Positions 10,522 through 20,231 of a DNA stretch of 64,000 bases are shown here, in pieces. A program made the position numbers and the translations under genes. The notes under the pieces are model-generated. The model was given only the letters and a program-made list of their open reading frames with translations, ran no database searches and was not told the DNA's origin. How positions within the stretch are numbered: the first letter of the stretch is position 1; every line of letters starts with the position of its first letter. The stretch is from an uncultured Actinomycetales bacterium (GTDB taxonomy: Bacteria > Actinomycetota > Actinomycetes > CAXTBU01): assembly GCA_964242885.1 (NCBI GenBank), contig CAXTBU010000001.1, positions 22,454 through 86,453 of the forward strand, given 5' to 3'.

Positions 10522-11880
10522 GTGCTGTCGGACCCGGCCCGCACGATGCGGTGCATGACCGTCGCCGCTCCCGTCCTCGTGCTGCTGGTGCTGCTGGCCG
10601 CCGCGCTGGGCGCTGCCGTGGGGTGGCTGCTGGCAGCCCGTGCCGGGTCGGCGCGGACCGCGACGGCCGCGGCGGAGCTCGCCACGGCCCGGGCCTCGGT
10701 GGCCCACCTGGACGCCGGCGCGCGCTCCGCCGACGAACGGATGCGGGAGGCCTTCGCCGCGCTGTCCGAGCGGGCGCTGCAGGCCAACGCGGAGACGGTG
10801 ATCCGGCTGGCGCGCGAGCAACTCGGCGCCGCGGGTGCGAGCGCCGGCGGTGAGCTGGCCCGCCGGGAGGAGGCGATCGCCGGGCTGGTCGGCCCGCTGC
10901 GGGACTCCCTGGCCCGCCTGGAGTCCCAGAACCGGACGATGGAGACCGCCAGGACCGACGCCTACGCGGCGCTGCGGGAACAGGTCGGCGCCGTCCGGGT
11001 CGCCGGCGACGGGCTCCGCGCCGAGACCTCCCGGCTGGTGGCGGCACTGCGGGCGACCGGGGTCCGCGGCCGGTGGGGCGAGGTCCAGCTGCGGCGGGTG
11101 GTCGAGCTCGCCGGGATGACCGAGCACTGCGACTTCACCGTGCAGCAGAGCGTCCGGACCGAGGACGGCGCGCAGCGGCCGGACCTGGTCGTCCACCTGT
11201 CCGGCGGCCGCGACGTGGTCGTCGACGCCAAGGTCCCGTTCGAGGCCTACGTTGCCGCGGACGGTGCGGACGGCCCGCCCGAGCAGCGCTACGCCGCCCA
11301 TGCGCGTGCCGTCCGCGACCACGTCCGGCGGCTGTCGGACAAGGCCTACCACCGGGCCTTCGAGCCGAGCCCGCAGTTCGTGGTGCTGTTCCTGCCCGGT
11401 GAGGGCTTCCTGGCCGCCGCCGCGTCGGCCGACCCCGACCTCGTCGAGTGGGCGCTGAGCCGGGAGGTGGTGCTGGCCACCCCGACGACCCTGGTGGCGC
11501 TGCTACGGACGGTTGCGCACACCTGGCGCCAGGACGCGCTGGCGGCGAACGCGGCCCAGGTGCAGAAGCTCGCCCGTGAGCTCTACGCCCGGCTGTCGAC
11601 GATGGGTTCCCACCTGGCCCGGGTGGGCGCCGGACTGGGGTCGTCGGTCGAGGCCTACAACGCCGCCGTCGGGTCGCTGGAGGGCCGGGTGCTGGTCACC
11701 GCCCGGCGGATGGCGGCCCTGCACGACCCGGAGGTGTCGTTGCCGGCGCCGGAACTCGCCGAGCTGCGCCCCCGGCCGCTGACCGCCGCGGAGCTGACCG
11801 ACCCGGCCGACGAGCACCCCGACGAGCACCCCGTCGAGGGCCGGGCAGCGGACTCAGTCGGGATCGACCGGACCGCCTGA
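10522..11880 (+). CDS. rmuC: DNA recombination protein RmuC
   Basis: N-terminal TM helix, coiled-coil region, then C-terminal RmuC-type domain ([17 protein letters not shown]...[11 protein letters not shown]). Start uncertain (alternative ATG 10555). Confidence 0.8.
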   Translation: MLSDPARTMRCMTVAAPVLVLLVLLAAALGAAVGWLLAARAGSARTATAAAELATARASVAHLDAGARSADERMREAFAALSERALQANAETVIRLAREQLGAAGASAGGELARREEAIAGLVGPLRDSLARLESQNRTMETARTDAYAALREQVGAVRVAGDGLRAETSRLVAALRATGVRGRWGEVQLRRVVELAGMTEHCDFTVQQSVRTEDGAQRPDLVVHLSGGRDVVVDAKVPFEAYVAADGADGPPEQRYAAHARAVRDHVRRLSDKAYHRAFEPSPQFVVLFLPGEGFLAAAASADPDLVEWALSREVVLATPTTLVALLRTVAHTWRQDALAANAAQVQKLARELYARLSTMGSHLARVGAGLGSSVEAYNAAVGSLEGRVLVTARRMAALHDPEVSLPAPELAELRPRPLTAAELTDPADEHPDEHPVEGRAADSVGIDRTA

Positions 11881-12975
11881 CCGGGCCTGCTCGGTGAGGT
11901 CGGCGCCGGCCGCAGCCGCCGGGTCGGTCGCGCGTGCGGCCTTGAGCTTGCGGCGCAGCTCCGGCGGCAGGGCGAAGGTCAGGGTCTCCGAGGCGGTCCG
12001 GACCTCCTCGGTGTCGCCGTACCCGCGCTCGGCCAGCCACGCGCGCACCTGGTCGACCAGCACCTCCGGCACCGACGCCCCGCTGGTCAGCCCGACCGTG
12101 CCCACCCCGGCCAGCCACGCCTCGTCCAGCTCGGCGGCGGTGTCGACCCGGTGCGCCGCGGTGGCGCCCGCGTCCAGAGCGACCTCGACCAGGCGCACGG
12201 AGTTCGAGGAGTTCGCCGACCCGACGACGATCACCAGGTCCGCCGCCGGCGCGATCTGCTTGACCGCGGCCTGGCGGTTGGTGGTGGCGTAGCAGATGTC
12301 GTCACTGGGCGGGTCCAGCAGGTTCGGGAAGCGTTCGCGCAGCGCGGCCACGCTGGCCATCGCCTCGTCGACCGACAGGGTCGTCTGGGACAGCCAGGCG
12401 ACCTTCGCGGGGTCGCGCACCTGGACGGCGGCGATCGAGTCCGCGCCGTCGACCAGCTGGGTGCGCTCGGGTGCCTCGCCGGCGGTCCCCTCGACCTCCT
12501 CGTGGCCGTCGTGGCCGATCAGCAGGATGTCGAGGTCGTCGGCGGCGAACCGCTTGGCCTCCTGGTGCACCTTGGTCACCAGCGGGCAGGTCGCGTCGAC
12601 CGTCACGAGGTTCTTCGCGACCGCCGCGTCGCGGACGGCGGGGCTGACGCCGTGCGCGGAGAAGACGACGACGGCCCCGTCGGGGACCTGGTCGAGCTCG
12701 TCGACGAACACCGCGCCGGCCCGGGTCAGTTCCGCGACCACGTGGGTGTTGTGCACGATCTGCTTGCGCACGTAGACCGGCGCGCCGTGCACCTCGAGCA
12801 CCTTCTCCACGGCCACCACGGCCCGGTCCACGCCGGCGCAGTACCCGCGGGGGGCGGCCAGCAGCACCCGCCGGTCCCCCGGCGTGCCGGATGCCGACGG
12901 GCGGGGCGCCGGGGTGTCCGGTGCCTGCGCCGGGGTCCTCGCGGCCGGTCGTGCGGTGTGTGTCGCTGCTCCGGT
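11854..12975 (-). CDS. ispH: 4-hydroxy-3-methylbut-2-enyl diphosphate reductase (IspH/LytB)
   Basis: [18 protein letters not shown]...VFSAHGVSP...TCPLVTKVH...ICYATTNRQ; the N-terminal 107 codons of the track ORF are rejected (Cys/Gly/Arg-rich); GTG start at 12975 tentative. Confidence 0.85.
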   Translation of the reverse strand, partial: TGAATHTARPAARTPAQAPDTPAPRPSASGTPGDRRVLLAAPRGYCAGVDRAVVAVEKVLEVHGAPVYVRKQIVHNTHVVAELTRAGAVFVDELDQVPDGAVVVFSAHGVSPAVRDAAVAKNLVTVDATCPLVTKVHQEAKRFAADDLDILLIGHDGHEEVEGTAGEAPERTQLVDGADSIAAVQVRDPAKVAWLSQTTLSVDEAMASVAALRERFPNLLDPPSDDICYATTNRQAAVKQIAPAADLVIVVGSANSSNSVRLVEVALDAGATAAHRVDTAAELDEAWLAGVGTVGLTSGASVPEVLVDQVRAWLAERGYGDTEEVRTASETLTFALPPELRRKLKAARATDPAAAAGADLTEQARSGGPVDPD

Positions 12976-12995
12976 CACCCGTCCACTGTAGGAAT

Positions 12996-13090
12996 GCCCG
13001 CAGCAGGAAGGCCCGCAGCAGCGACGCCTGCGGCCGCGACCCCCGCACCGGCAGCGACCCCCGCACCACCAGCGACCCCCGCACCACCCG
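12996..13090. repeat. Tandem direct repeats in ispH/xseA divergent intergenic region: gcccgcagcag x2, then cgacccccgcaccNNcag x3
   Basis: Read directly; followed by GAGGAG RBS (13097-13102) and xseA GTG at 13109. Confidence 0.8.
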
Positions 13091-13108
13091 GACCCCCCGA
13101 GGAGACAC

Positions 13109-14341
13109 GTGCCGCTGGACACCTCCGTCGAGCACCCGACGCCGGTCCGGACGGTCGCGAACATGCTCGGCCAGTGGATCGGCCGCCTCGGCTGGGTCTG
13201 GGTCGAGGGCCAGATCGCGCAGGTCACCCGCCGGCCGGGGACCTCGACGGTCTTCCTCACGCTGCGCGACCCCGTCGCCGACGTCTCGCTGAACCTCACC
13301 TGCCCCCGATCGGTCTACGACGGCATCGACCCGCCGGTCACCGAGGGCGCGCTGGTGGTGGCGCACGCGCGCCCGCAGCTGTACCCGTCCCGCGGCACCC
13401 TGCAGCTGGCCGCCGACGACATCCGCCCCGTGGGTCTCGGCGCGCTGCTCGCCCAGCTGGAGCGTCGCCGCCGGCTGCTGGCCGCCGAGGGCCTGTTCGA
13501 CCCGTCGCGGCGCCGGGCACTGCCGTTCCTGCCTGCTGTGGTGGGCCTGGTCTGCGGGCGGGACTCCGCCGCCGAGCACGACGTGGTGGAGAACGCGACG
13601 CGGCGCTGGCCGGCTGTCCGCTTCCGGATCGAGAACGTCCCGGTCCAGGGCCCCAACGCCGCGGACGAGGTCGCCGCGGCCGTGCGCCGCCTCGACACCG
13701 ATCCGAGCGTGGACGTGATCGTGCTGGCCCGCGGCGGTGGGTCCGTGGAGGACCTGCTGGCCTTCTCTACCGAGCTGGTCGTCCGGGCGGTGGCGGCCGC
13801 CCGGACGCCGGTCGTCAGCGCGATCGGGCACGAGACCGACACCCCCCTGGTCGACCTGGCCGCGGACCTGCGCGCGTCCACCCCGACCGATGCGGCCCGG
13901 CGGGTGGTCCCGGACGTCGGCGAGGAGCTCGACAGGCTGACCGCCGCCCGGACCAGGATCGACCGGCTGGTGACCGACCGGATCGACCGGGAGTCCACCC
14001 GGCTGGCCGAGATCAGCGCCCGCCCGGTGCTCGCCGACCCGGTTGGCGCGCTGGTGACCCGTCCCGCGGAGCAGCTGCGGGAGGCCGGGCGGCGGTGTCG
14101 CGCGGCGTTCGACACCCGGCTGGGCCGCGCCGGTGACGACGTGGGGCACGTCCGGGCGCGGATCCGGGCGCTGTCCCCGCAGTCGACCCTGGACCGCGGG
14201 TACGCGGTGCTGACCAGGCCCGACGGTGAGCTGGTCACCGACCCGGGCGTGCTGCGCGCCGGCGACCCGCTGGTCGCGCGGCTGGCCGGCGGGCGGGCCG
14301 ACGTCACGGTTCGCGACGGTGCGGTCGACCGCTCCCGGTGA
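13109..14341 (+). CDS. xseA: Exodeoxyribonuclease VII large subunit
   Basis: 410 aa; OB-fold N-terminus ([27 protein letters not shown]), catalytic core GGGS...GHETD motif ([13 protein letters not shown]...[13 protein letters not shown]). Confidence 0.9.
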   Translation: MPLDTSVEHPTPVRTVANMLGQWIGRLGWVWVEGQIAQVTRRPGTSTVFLTLRDPVADVSLNLTCPRSVYDGIDPPVTEGALVVAHARPQLYPSRGTLQLAADDIRPVGLGALLAQLERRRRLLAAEGLFDPSRRRALPFLPAVVGLVCGRDSAAEHDVVENATRRWPAVRFRIENVPVQGPNAADEVAAAVRRLDTDPSVDVIVLARGGGSVEDLLAFSTELVVRAVAAARTPVVSAIGHETDTPLVDLAADLRASTPTDAARRVVPDVGEELDRLTAARTRIDRLVTDRIDRESTRLAEISARPVLADPVGALVTRPAEQLREAGRRCRAAFDTRLGRAGDDVGHVRARIRALSPQSTLDRGYAVLTRPDGELVTDPGVLRAGDPLVARLAGGRADVTVRDGAVDRSR

Positions 14342-14362
14342 GCGGACCGATACGGTCGAGCG

Positions 14363-14656
14363 GTGGCGACGGCGAAGGTCCCCGGCAACCCCGCTCCCGA
14401 GCCAACCGGCAGCCCCGCTCCCGAGCCAGCCGGCGCGCCCGGGAACGGCGGCGCCCCGGGAAACGGCGGCGCCCCGGGCTACGAGCAGGCGCGGGACGAA
14501 CTCGGTGAGGTCGTGCGCCGCCTGGAGTCCGGTGGAGTCGGCCTGGAGGAGTCGCTGCGGCTGTGGGAGCGCGGCGAGTACCTCGTCGGGGTGTGCCAGC
14601 AGTGGCTCGACGGCGCCCGGACGCGACTCGAGTCGGCGCGCACCGGGCGGTCCTGA
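14363..14656 (+). CDS. xseB: Exodeoxyribonuclease VII small subunit
   Basis: C-terminal [46 protein letters not shown]; immediately downstream of xseA; N-terminal Pro/Ala/Gly repeats encoded by short tandem DNA repeats (14388-14478). Confidence 0.85.
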   Translation: MATAKVPGNPAPEPTGSPAPEPAGAPGNGGAPGNGGAPGYEQARDELGEVVRRLESGGVGLEESLRLWERGEYLVGVCQQWLDGARTRLESARTGRS

Positions 14657-14698
14657 CCGACCGGCGCAGGGCCCCGACCCGGCCCCCGCAGCTGCCGA

Positions 14699-15211
14699 TC
14701 AGTCGACGTCGGCCAGCGTGCCCGCCAGGGTCCGCAGGGCGGCGCCGTCGGCCGTGCCGGACACGACCACCGTCGTGGCGCCCCGCTGCTGGACCAGGCC
14801 GGAGCGCGCGACGCCCTCCGGGGTGGCCGCGGCGCCGAACTGCTGCCAGCGGCCCGACGCCAGCTGCACCGCACCCGACGACCGCCGGCCGGGCAGCGCC
14901 CGGTCGACCAGCTGCGCGGCCGGCCCGGCGACCTGGTCGACCGCCGCGAACCCGCCGTCCGGCGTCAGGAACTCCAGGTGCCAGACCTCCCCGGCCCGGA
15001 TGGCGGCCTGCCGGCCACGCCAGCCGTCCGGAACGGCCGTCGGTGCCACCAGCTGGAACGGCGCGGTCCGAGCCCGGGCCGAGGCGGCGGCGACCACGTC
15101 CACGGCGGGGCTGACCGGTGTCCCGCGACCGACCTCCACGTTCTGCCACAGGCCACTGACGAGGAAGAACCCGATCAGGACGGCGGCCAGCACACCGAGG
15201 GAGGTCACCAT
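14699..15211 (-). CDS. DUF4245 domain membrane protein (Rv1109c-like)
   Basis: MVTSLGVLAAVLIGFFLVSGLW (TM) followed by conserved domain; position downstream of xseB conserved in actinobacteria. Start may lie further upstream (track ORF runs to 15490). Confidence 0.6.
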   Translation of the reverse strand: MVTSLGVLAAVLIGFFLVSGLWQNVEVGRGTPVSPAVDVVAAASARARTAPFQLVAPTAVPDGWRGRQAAIRAGEVWHLEFLTPDGGFAAVDQVAGPAAQLVDRALPGRRSSGAVQLASGRWQQFGAAATPEGVARSGLVQQRGATTVVVSGTADGAALRTLAGTLADVD

Positions 15212-15646
15212 GTCGCGGACGGTCCCGCTGCCGCGCCGCCTGGGCGGCGTGCCGGCTGCCCGGACCACCGGGGATCCGGGTCGATCTCCTCCTGCCGCCA
15301 CCCGGCCATCGTCGCCGGTCGGCCCGACGCTCGTACCGCGGGTGGGCGCGGACAGGAGCGTGCCGTCCCGACGTGCGTTCTCGGGCGCTTCGTGACTGAA
15401 TGGGCGCAGCAGGACGGCTCGCCTGGCGCCGTGATCTATCCGTGACCCCGTAGATCCCCGCCGGCCACCTTGGCGCCACCGCCGGTTCAACGGGCCAGGC
15501 CAGTCGCCCCCCGTTGACGGACGGCGCGCTTCCCAATTAGGTTCCGCGAGAAACCAAACGCGATCCGGCCTCTCCGGTCGGCCTCAGCCGCCTGGTGTGG
15601 GTCGTGTCCGCAGTCGACCAGGAACGCCCGGCCGCATGGCGCCGGA

Positions 15647-17137
15647 GTGTCAGACCCTCAAGGGGAGGTGCGTGGCGTGGCCCGTTCGGTACCGGCAGTC
15701 GTGAGAGCTCTGGACGTCCTCGAACTCTTCCTCGACGGACGGACCAACCTGTCCGCTCCCGAGGTCGCCAACGCACTCGGCCTCCCGCGGACCACGGTCC
15801 ACGAGTTGCTCGCCACCCTCGTCGAACGTGAGTACGTCGAGCGGCTGCCGGACAACGCCCACCGGTTCCGTCTCGGGCTGCGGGTGTTCGAGCTCGGCAA
15901 CACCTACGCCGAGGCACTCGACGTCGTCCGCGACGGGCAGTCCGTCGTCGACGAGGTCGCCGCCCGGTGTGGCGAGACCTGCCAGCTCGCCGTGCTCGAC
16001 GGCCGGGACGTCGTGTACGTCGCCAAGGCCGACGGCAGCCACGACCTCCGGGTGCAGGCGCCCGTCGGTCGACGCTCGACGGCCCTGCGCACTGCGGCCG
16101 GCCGTGTCCTGCTGGCCCACCTGCCGTGGAGCGAGATGGACCGGCGGTTCCCGGTCCGTCCGGCCGGTGCCGTCCGCCGGCCGCTGGGACCGGACGCCGC
16201 CCGGGTCGGTCCGCCGCGGCTGCGCCCGGTGACCGCCCTGCGCGGGAACCCCGCCGAGTCCCCGCGTCCCGGCGACGGCGCTGCGGCCGGCGACGGCGTC
16301 GAGGCCGGGGTGGCCGAGGCCGTCGCCGCCGAGAACGCGCGCCTGCGTCGCGAGCTCGCCGGGATCAGCCAGCGTGGCGTGGGCGCGGACCCGGGCGGTT
16401 CCGACGCGGTCGTCCGCAGCGTCGCCGCTGCCATCCGCGACCACCTCGGTCACGTCGTGGCCGCGGTCGAGATCTCCGTGCCGGTCGCCCGGTGGGACCC
16501 GCAGCGTTTCGCGACCCTCGAGGGCCTGGTCCGCCGGGCGGCGGCCCGTGCGTCGTCGCGGCTCGGCTTCCGCCCGCCCCGGGTCACCGAGGCGGCTCCG
16601 GCGGTCGCCGCGGCGGGTCGGTCCCGGCGTCCGGTCACCACCTCCCGGCTGGACCCCCGCGCACTCGCCGGGGACGACGCCGCCCGCAGCCGGGTTGCCC
16701 GGCCGGGCCTGATGTCCTCAGGCCCCGCACGGCCGGACGACGGACGCCGCAACGGTGGCCCGTTCGGCAACGGCTTCCGGGGCACGGGCCAGCGACTGGC
16801 CGACCCCCGGGGCCCGGTCGCCCGCGGGGCCGACCCCCGGGCCGACGACCCGCGTCTGCCCGAGCCGCGGACCGCGACAGGACAGCTCGGCGCGGACGGG
16901 TCGGGCGCCGGCGCCGCCCGGCAGTTCCGACCCGACACAACGGACGCATGGACCGACCCGGCTGCGGCAGTCCGGTCCCCGGAGCACACCGGGGGCAACG
17001 CCGACGGGGACGCGGGCCACGCCGACCACGTTCGGCTCGGCCGCGGCCGCGCGGCTCCCGGACCCCGTTCCCCCGCCCTGGGTACCGCGCCCCGCCTGCG
17101 CCAGCTGCCGACCCTGCCCAACCCCAACCCCAGCTGA
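15647..17137 (+). CDS. IclR-family transcriptional regulator with long low-complexity C-terminal extension (core ~15647-16570)
   Basis: N-terminal HTH (VVRALDVLELFLDGRTNLSAPEVANALGLPRTTVHELLATL); effector domain (CGETCQLAVLDGRDVVYVAK...HLGHVVAAVEISVP). Probable GTG start near 15667 after AAGGGGAGG. Tail after ~16570 is Arg/Pro/Gly-rich and may not all be translated. Confidence 0.65.
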   Translation: MSDPQGEVRGVARSVPAVVRALDVLELFLDGRTNLSAPEVANALGLPRTTVHELLATLVEREYVERLPDNAHRFRLGLRVFELGNTYAEALDVVRDGQSVVDEVAARCGETCQLAVLDGRDVVYVAKADGSHDLRVQAPVGRRSTALRTAAGRVLLAHLPWSEMDRRFPVRPAGAVRRPLGPDAARVGPPRLRPVTALRGNPAESPRPGDGAAAGDGVEAGVAEAVAAENARLRRELAGISQRGVGADPGGSDAVVRSVAAAIRDHLGHVVAAVEISVPVARWDPQRFATLEGLVRRAAARASSRLGFRPPRVTEAAPAVAAAGRSRRPVTTSRLDPRALAGDDAARSRVARPGLMSSGPARPDDGRRNGGPFGNGFRGTGQRLADPRGPVARGADPRADDPRLPEPRTATGQLGADGSGAGAARQFRPDTTDAWTDPAAAVRSPEHTGGNADGDAGHADHVRLGRGRAAPGPRSPALGTAPRLRQLPTLPNPNPS

Positions 17138-17176
17138 CGCTCTCACCCCCAGTTGCGCTCCCGGAGCGCGGCGGCG

Positions 17177-17895
17177 TCATCGTCGGCGCCGCCGCCACGC
17201 CGAGGCCCGGTCGGCGACGATGGTCACCTTCCCGCCGACCACGGACCCCGTCACCCGGACAACGCCGGCCCCGGCATGCGCAGAGGCGGCGACCGGCGCC
17301 CTGTTGTCCCAGGTGCCGAAGACGGTGAGTCCCTCGTCAACCACCACCGGCACGCCTGCCGGAACCGTGATGGCAACGGTGCCGCCGGTGACGGCCAGGT
17401 CGAGCACGATCTCCGGGGTCCGGACCGTCGCCCGCGTCAGGTCGATCACCGCGCTGCCGAGGGTCACCACGACCCGCAGCCGGGGCGGCACCTCCCACTC
17501 ACCGGTGCGCCGCTGGTCGCGGAAGAAGGCCGTGACCTCCTCCTCGACCGGCGACGACCCGGGGAGCGCGTCCCCGGCGGCGATCGGGAGGTCGGCCACC
17601 AGCGGCGCCAGCTCGTCGGCGGTCCGGGCCGCCCAGGCGCGTTCGAGCCGGTCGGTCACCTCGACGCCGGTCAGTCGCCCCTCGGCGGCCGCGGTGTGCA
17701 GCAGCTCCGCCACCCGGTCCCGGTCGGCGTCCCCGATCCGCACGGCCCGCGCGCCGGGCTGACTCCGGTCGGCACCCTCAGGCGGCCGCCCGCGCCCGCC
17801 GAGGCGCTCGAGGTGGCTGGTCAGCACCCCCTGCAGCCCGGCGACCCAGTCCTCGCCGCCGCGGCGTACCGGTCCCTCGTCGTGGCGGTCGCTCA
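17177..17895 (-). CDS. DUF1707 domain protein with LiaF-C-like (DUF2154/DUF4097-type) C-terminal domain
   Basis: DADRDRVAELLHTAAAEGRLTGVEVTDRLERA (DUF1707 signature) then beta-rich C-terminus; GTG start 17893-17895 overlapping the upstream paralog stop (GTGA). The 713-aa track ORF is an artefact. Confidence 0.65.
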
Positions 17896-18666
17896 CGCAC
17901 CCGGCCCGGGCCCGTCCGTCGTGCCGCGGCGCTCGGCCTCCGGGGTCTCGTCCGGGCCGGTCCCGCCGCGCACCCCCCGTCGGCGCCGGGGTCGTCTCCC
18001 GGGCTCGCGCTTCACCCCGATGCCGCCGAACATCGCGGACCCCCGGATGGTGAGGACCGGCGCGGCGGGGTCGGCCTCGTGCGCCCCGTTGGAGTCGAAC
18101 CCGCCGAACATGCCGATACCGTCCGTGCGGACCGTCACCCCCGCCGGCACGGTGATCTCCACGCCGCCGAACAGGGCGAACGCGCTGATGACCACCTCGC
18201 GGGCGGCGAAGTCGGCGTCGCGCAGGTCCAGCGCGACCCTCCCCATCACCGCGACGGCGGAGAAGCGCTCGGGCACGACCCAGCGCCCCTTCCGGCTCGC
18301 GGCGGAGAACACCGCGACCGCCGCGCCACGGGCCGGACCCGAGACCACCGCCGGCACCCCGGCCGGACGTCCGCCCGCCGACCCGACCGCCCCCGGGCGT
18401 GGACCGGTGGGGACCTGCAGCTCGCCGGCGTCGGGCAGGTCCGCGGTGACCTGGGCCAGCTGGCCGTAGGTCCGGGACGCGGACACGGCACCGAGCCGCT
18501 CGTCGAGCTCGGGCAGGCCCAGTCGGCCGTCCCCCGCGGCAGCCCGCAGCACCTCGGCGACCCGCTCCCGGTCGGCGTCGGACGCCAGCAGGGACTGAGG
18601 GTCTGGTCGGGGGCCAGCGGGGTCCGGGCTGCTCGCACGGTCGGGGCTGCTCGCGGGGTCGGACAT
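17893..18666 (-). CDS. DUF1707 domain protein (paralog), LiaF-C-like C-terminus
   Basis: SDADRERVAEVLRAAAGDGRLGLPELDERLGAV...; tandem with previous gene. Confidence 0.65.
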   Translation of the reverse strand: MSDPASSPDRASSPDPAGPRPDPQSLLASDADRERVAEVLRAAAGDGRLGLPELDERLGAVSASRTYGQLAQVTADLPDAGELQVPTGPRPGAVGSAGGRPAGVPAVVSGPARGAAVAVFSAASRKGRWVVPERFSAVAVMGRVALDLRDADFAAREVVISAFALFGGVEITVPAGVTVRTDGIGMFGGFDSNGAHEADPAAPVLTIRGSAMFGGIGVKREPGRRPRRRRGVRGGTGPDETPEAERRGTTDGPGPGA

Positions 18667-18734
18667 GACGGCAACGGTATCGGCCCTGGCGACCGAGGGG
18701 CCTCGCGAGCCGACCGGCTCGGCACAATGACCGG

Positions 18735-20144
18735 ATGGGAGCAGCAGGCGCAGCCGGCGAACAGCGGTACCGGGTCGAGCACGACACGATGGGCGCGGTC
18801 CGGGTGCCCGCCGACGCGCTGTGGCGGGCCCAGACGCAGCGGGCGGTGGAGAACTTCCCGATCTCCGGCCAGCCGATGGACCTCGGCGTGGTGCACGCGC
18901 TCGCGCGGGTGAAGTCCGCCGCGGCCGCCGTCAACGCCAACCTGGGCGTGGTCCCCGCCGACGTCGCGGCAGCGGTCGCCGACGCCGCGGCCCGGGTGGC
19001 CGCCGGTGAGTTCGACGACCACTTCCCGATCGACGTCTTCCAGACCGGCTCCGGGACGTCCACGAACATGAACGTCAACGAGGTCGTCGCCTCGGTGGCC
19101 ACCGCGGCGCTCGGCCGCCCGGTGCACCCCAACGACGACGTCAACGCCAGCCAGTCGTCCAACGACACGTTCCCCACCGCGATCCACGTCGCCGCCGCCG
19201 ACGCGACGACCACGGCGCTGCTGCCGGCGCTGGACCACCTGGCCGCGGCGCTGCGGGACAAGGCGGCCGACCTGGCGGGCGTGGTGAAGTCCGGCCGCAC
19301 CCACCTGATGGACGCCACGCCGGTGACGCTCGGCCAGGAGTTCGGCGGCTACGCCGCGCAGGTCGAGCGCTCGGCCGAGCGGCTGCGCGACACCCTGCCC
19401 CGGCTGTCCGAGCTGCCGTTGGGCGGCACGGCCGTCGGCACCGGCATCAACACCCCGCCCGGGTTCGCCGCCGCCGTGATCGCCCGGCTGGCGGCCGACA
19501 CCGGGCTGCCGCTGACCGAGGCCCGCGACCACTTCGAGGCCCAGGGCGCCCGGGACGGGCTGGTCGAGCTGTCCGGCCAGCTGCGCGCCGCCGCGGTGGC
19601 GCTGTACAAGGTCGCGAACGACATCCGGTGGATGGGGTCCGGCCCGAGAGCAGGGCTCGCCGAGCTCCGACTGCCCGACCTGCAGCCGGGCAGCTCGATC
19701 ATGCCGGGCAAGGTCAACCCGGTGCTGTGCGAGGCCGTCCGGATGGTGTGCGCCCAGGTGGTCGGCAACGACGCGACGGTCGGGTTCGCCGGCTCCCAGG
19801 GCGACTTCGAGCTCAACGTCATGCTGCCGGTGCTGGCCCGCAACGTGCTGGAGTCCGTGCGCCTGCTGGCGAACGTGTCCCGGTTGTTCGCCGACCGCTG
19901 TGTCGTCGGCATCGTCGCCGACGCCGAGCGCGCCGCCTTCTTCGCCGCCTCCTCCCCCGCGATCGTCACCCCGCTGAACCGGTACCTCGGGTACGAGAAC
20001 GCCGCGACCGTCGCCAAGACGGCGCTCGCGCAGGGGCGGACGATCCGGGACGTGGTCGTCGGCGCCGGGTACGTCGAGCGCGGCGTGCTGACCGAGGCCC
20101 AGCTCGACGCAGCGCTGGACCTGCTGTCGATGACGCATCCCTGA
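18735..20144 (+). CDS. fumC: Fumarate hydratase class II
   Basis: [30 protein letters not shown]...[11 protein letters not shown] (lyase-1 signature). 469 aa. Confidence 0.95.
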   Translation: MGAAGAAGEQRYRVEHDTMGAVRVPADALWRAQTQRAVENFPISGQPMDLGVVHALARVKSAAAAVNANLGVVPADVAAAVADAAARVAAGEFDDHFPIDVFQTGSGTSTNMNVNEVVASVATAALGRPVHPNDDVNASQSSNDTFPTAIHVAAADATTTALLPALDHLAAALRDKAADLAGVVKSGRTHLMDATPVTLGQEFGGYAAQVERSAERLRDTLPRLSELPLGGTAVGTGINTPPGFAAAVIARLAADTGLPLTEARDHFEAQGARDGLVELSGQLRAAAVALYKVANDIRWMGSGPRAGLAELRLPDLQPGSSIMPGKVNPVLCEAVRMVCAQVVGNDATVGFAGSQGDFELNVMLPVLARNVLESVRLLANVSRLFADRCVVGIVADAERAAFFAASSPAIVTPLNRYLGYENAATVAKTALAQGRTIRDVVVGAGYVERGVLTEAQLDAALDLLSMTHP

Positions 20145-20231
20145 CGCATCCCTGACACGGCAGGTTGCGTGCCCTCGACGCATCGCTGACCCAGCGGATG
20201 CGCAACCGCGGCGCGCTGCCGACGATGACTC

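Noticed and set aside
17177-19318. 713-aa minus-strand ORF
   Set aside because: Fusion artefact of two real DUF1707 genes plus Arg/Pro-rich out-of-frame sequence overlapping fumC on the other strand; a GTGA junction at 17893-17895 marks the true gene boundary.
20131-20160. 11-bp tandem duplication tgacgcatccc x2 spanning the fumC stop codon
   Set aside because: Real in the sequence but most simply a slippage duplication; out of frame (11 bp), does not alter the stop, and no clear hairpin or regulatory logic.
20145-20231. Short ORF/leader peptide upstream of YcaO (MRALDASLTQRMRNRGALPTMTREL...) as candidate RiPP precursor
   Set aside because: Runs into and overlaps the YcaO coding region in another frame for 260 nt, is Arg-rich with no Cys/Ser/Thr core, and has no RBS. 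Most likely noise.
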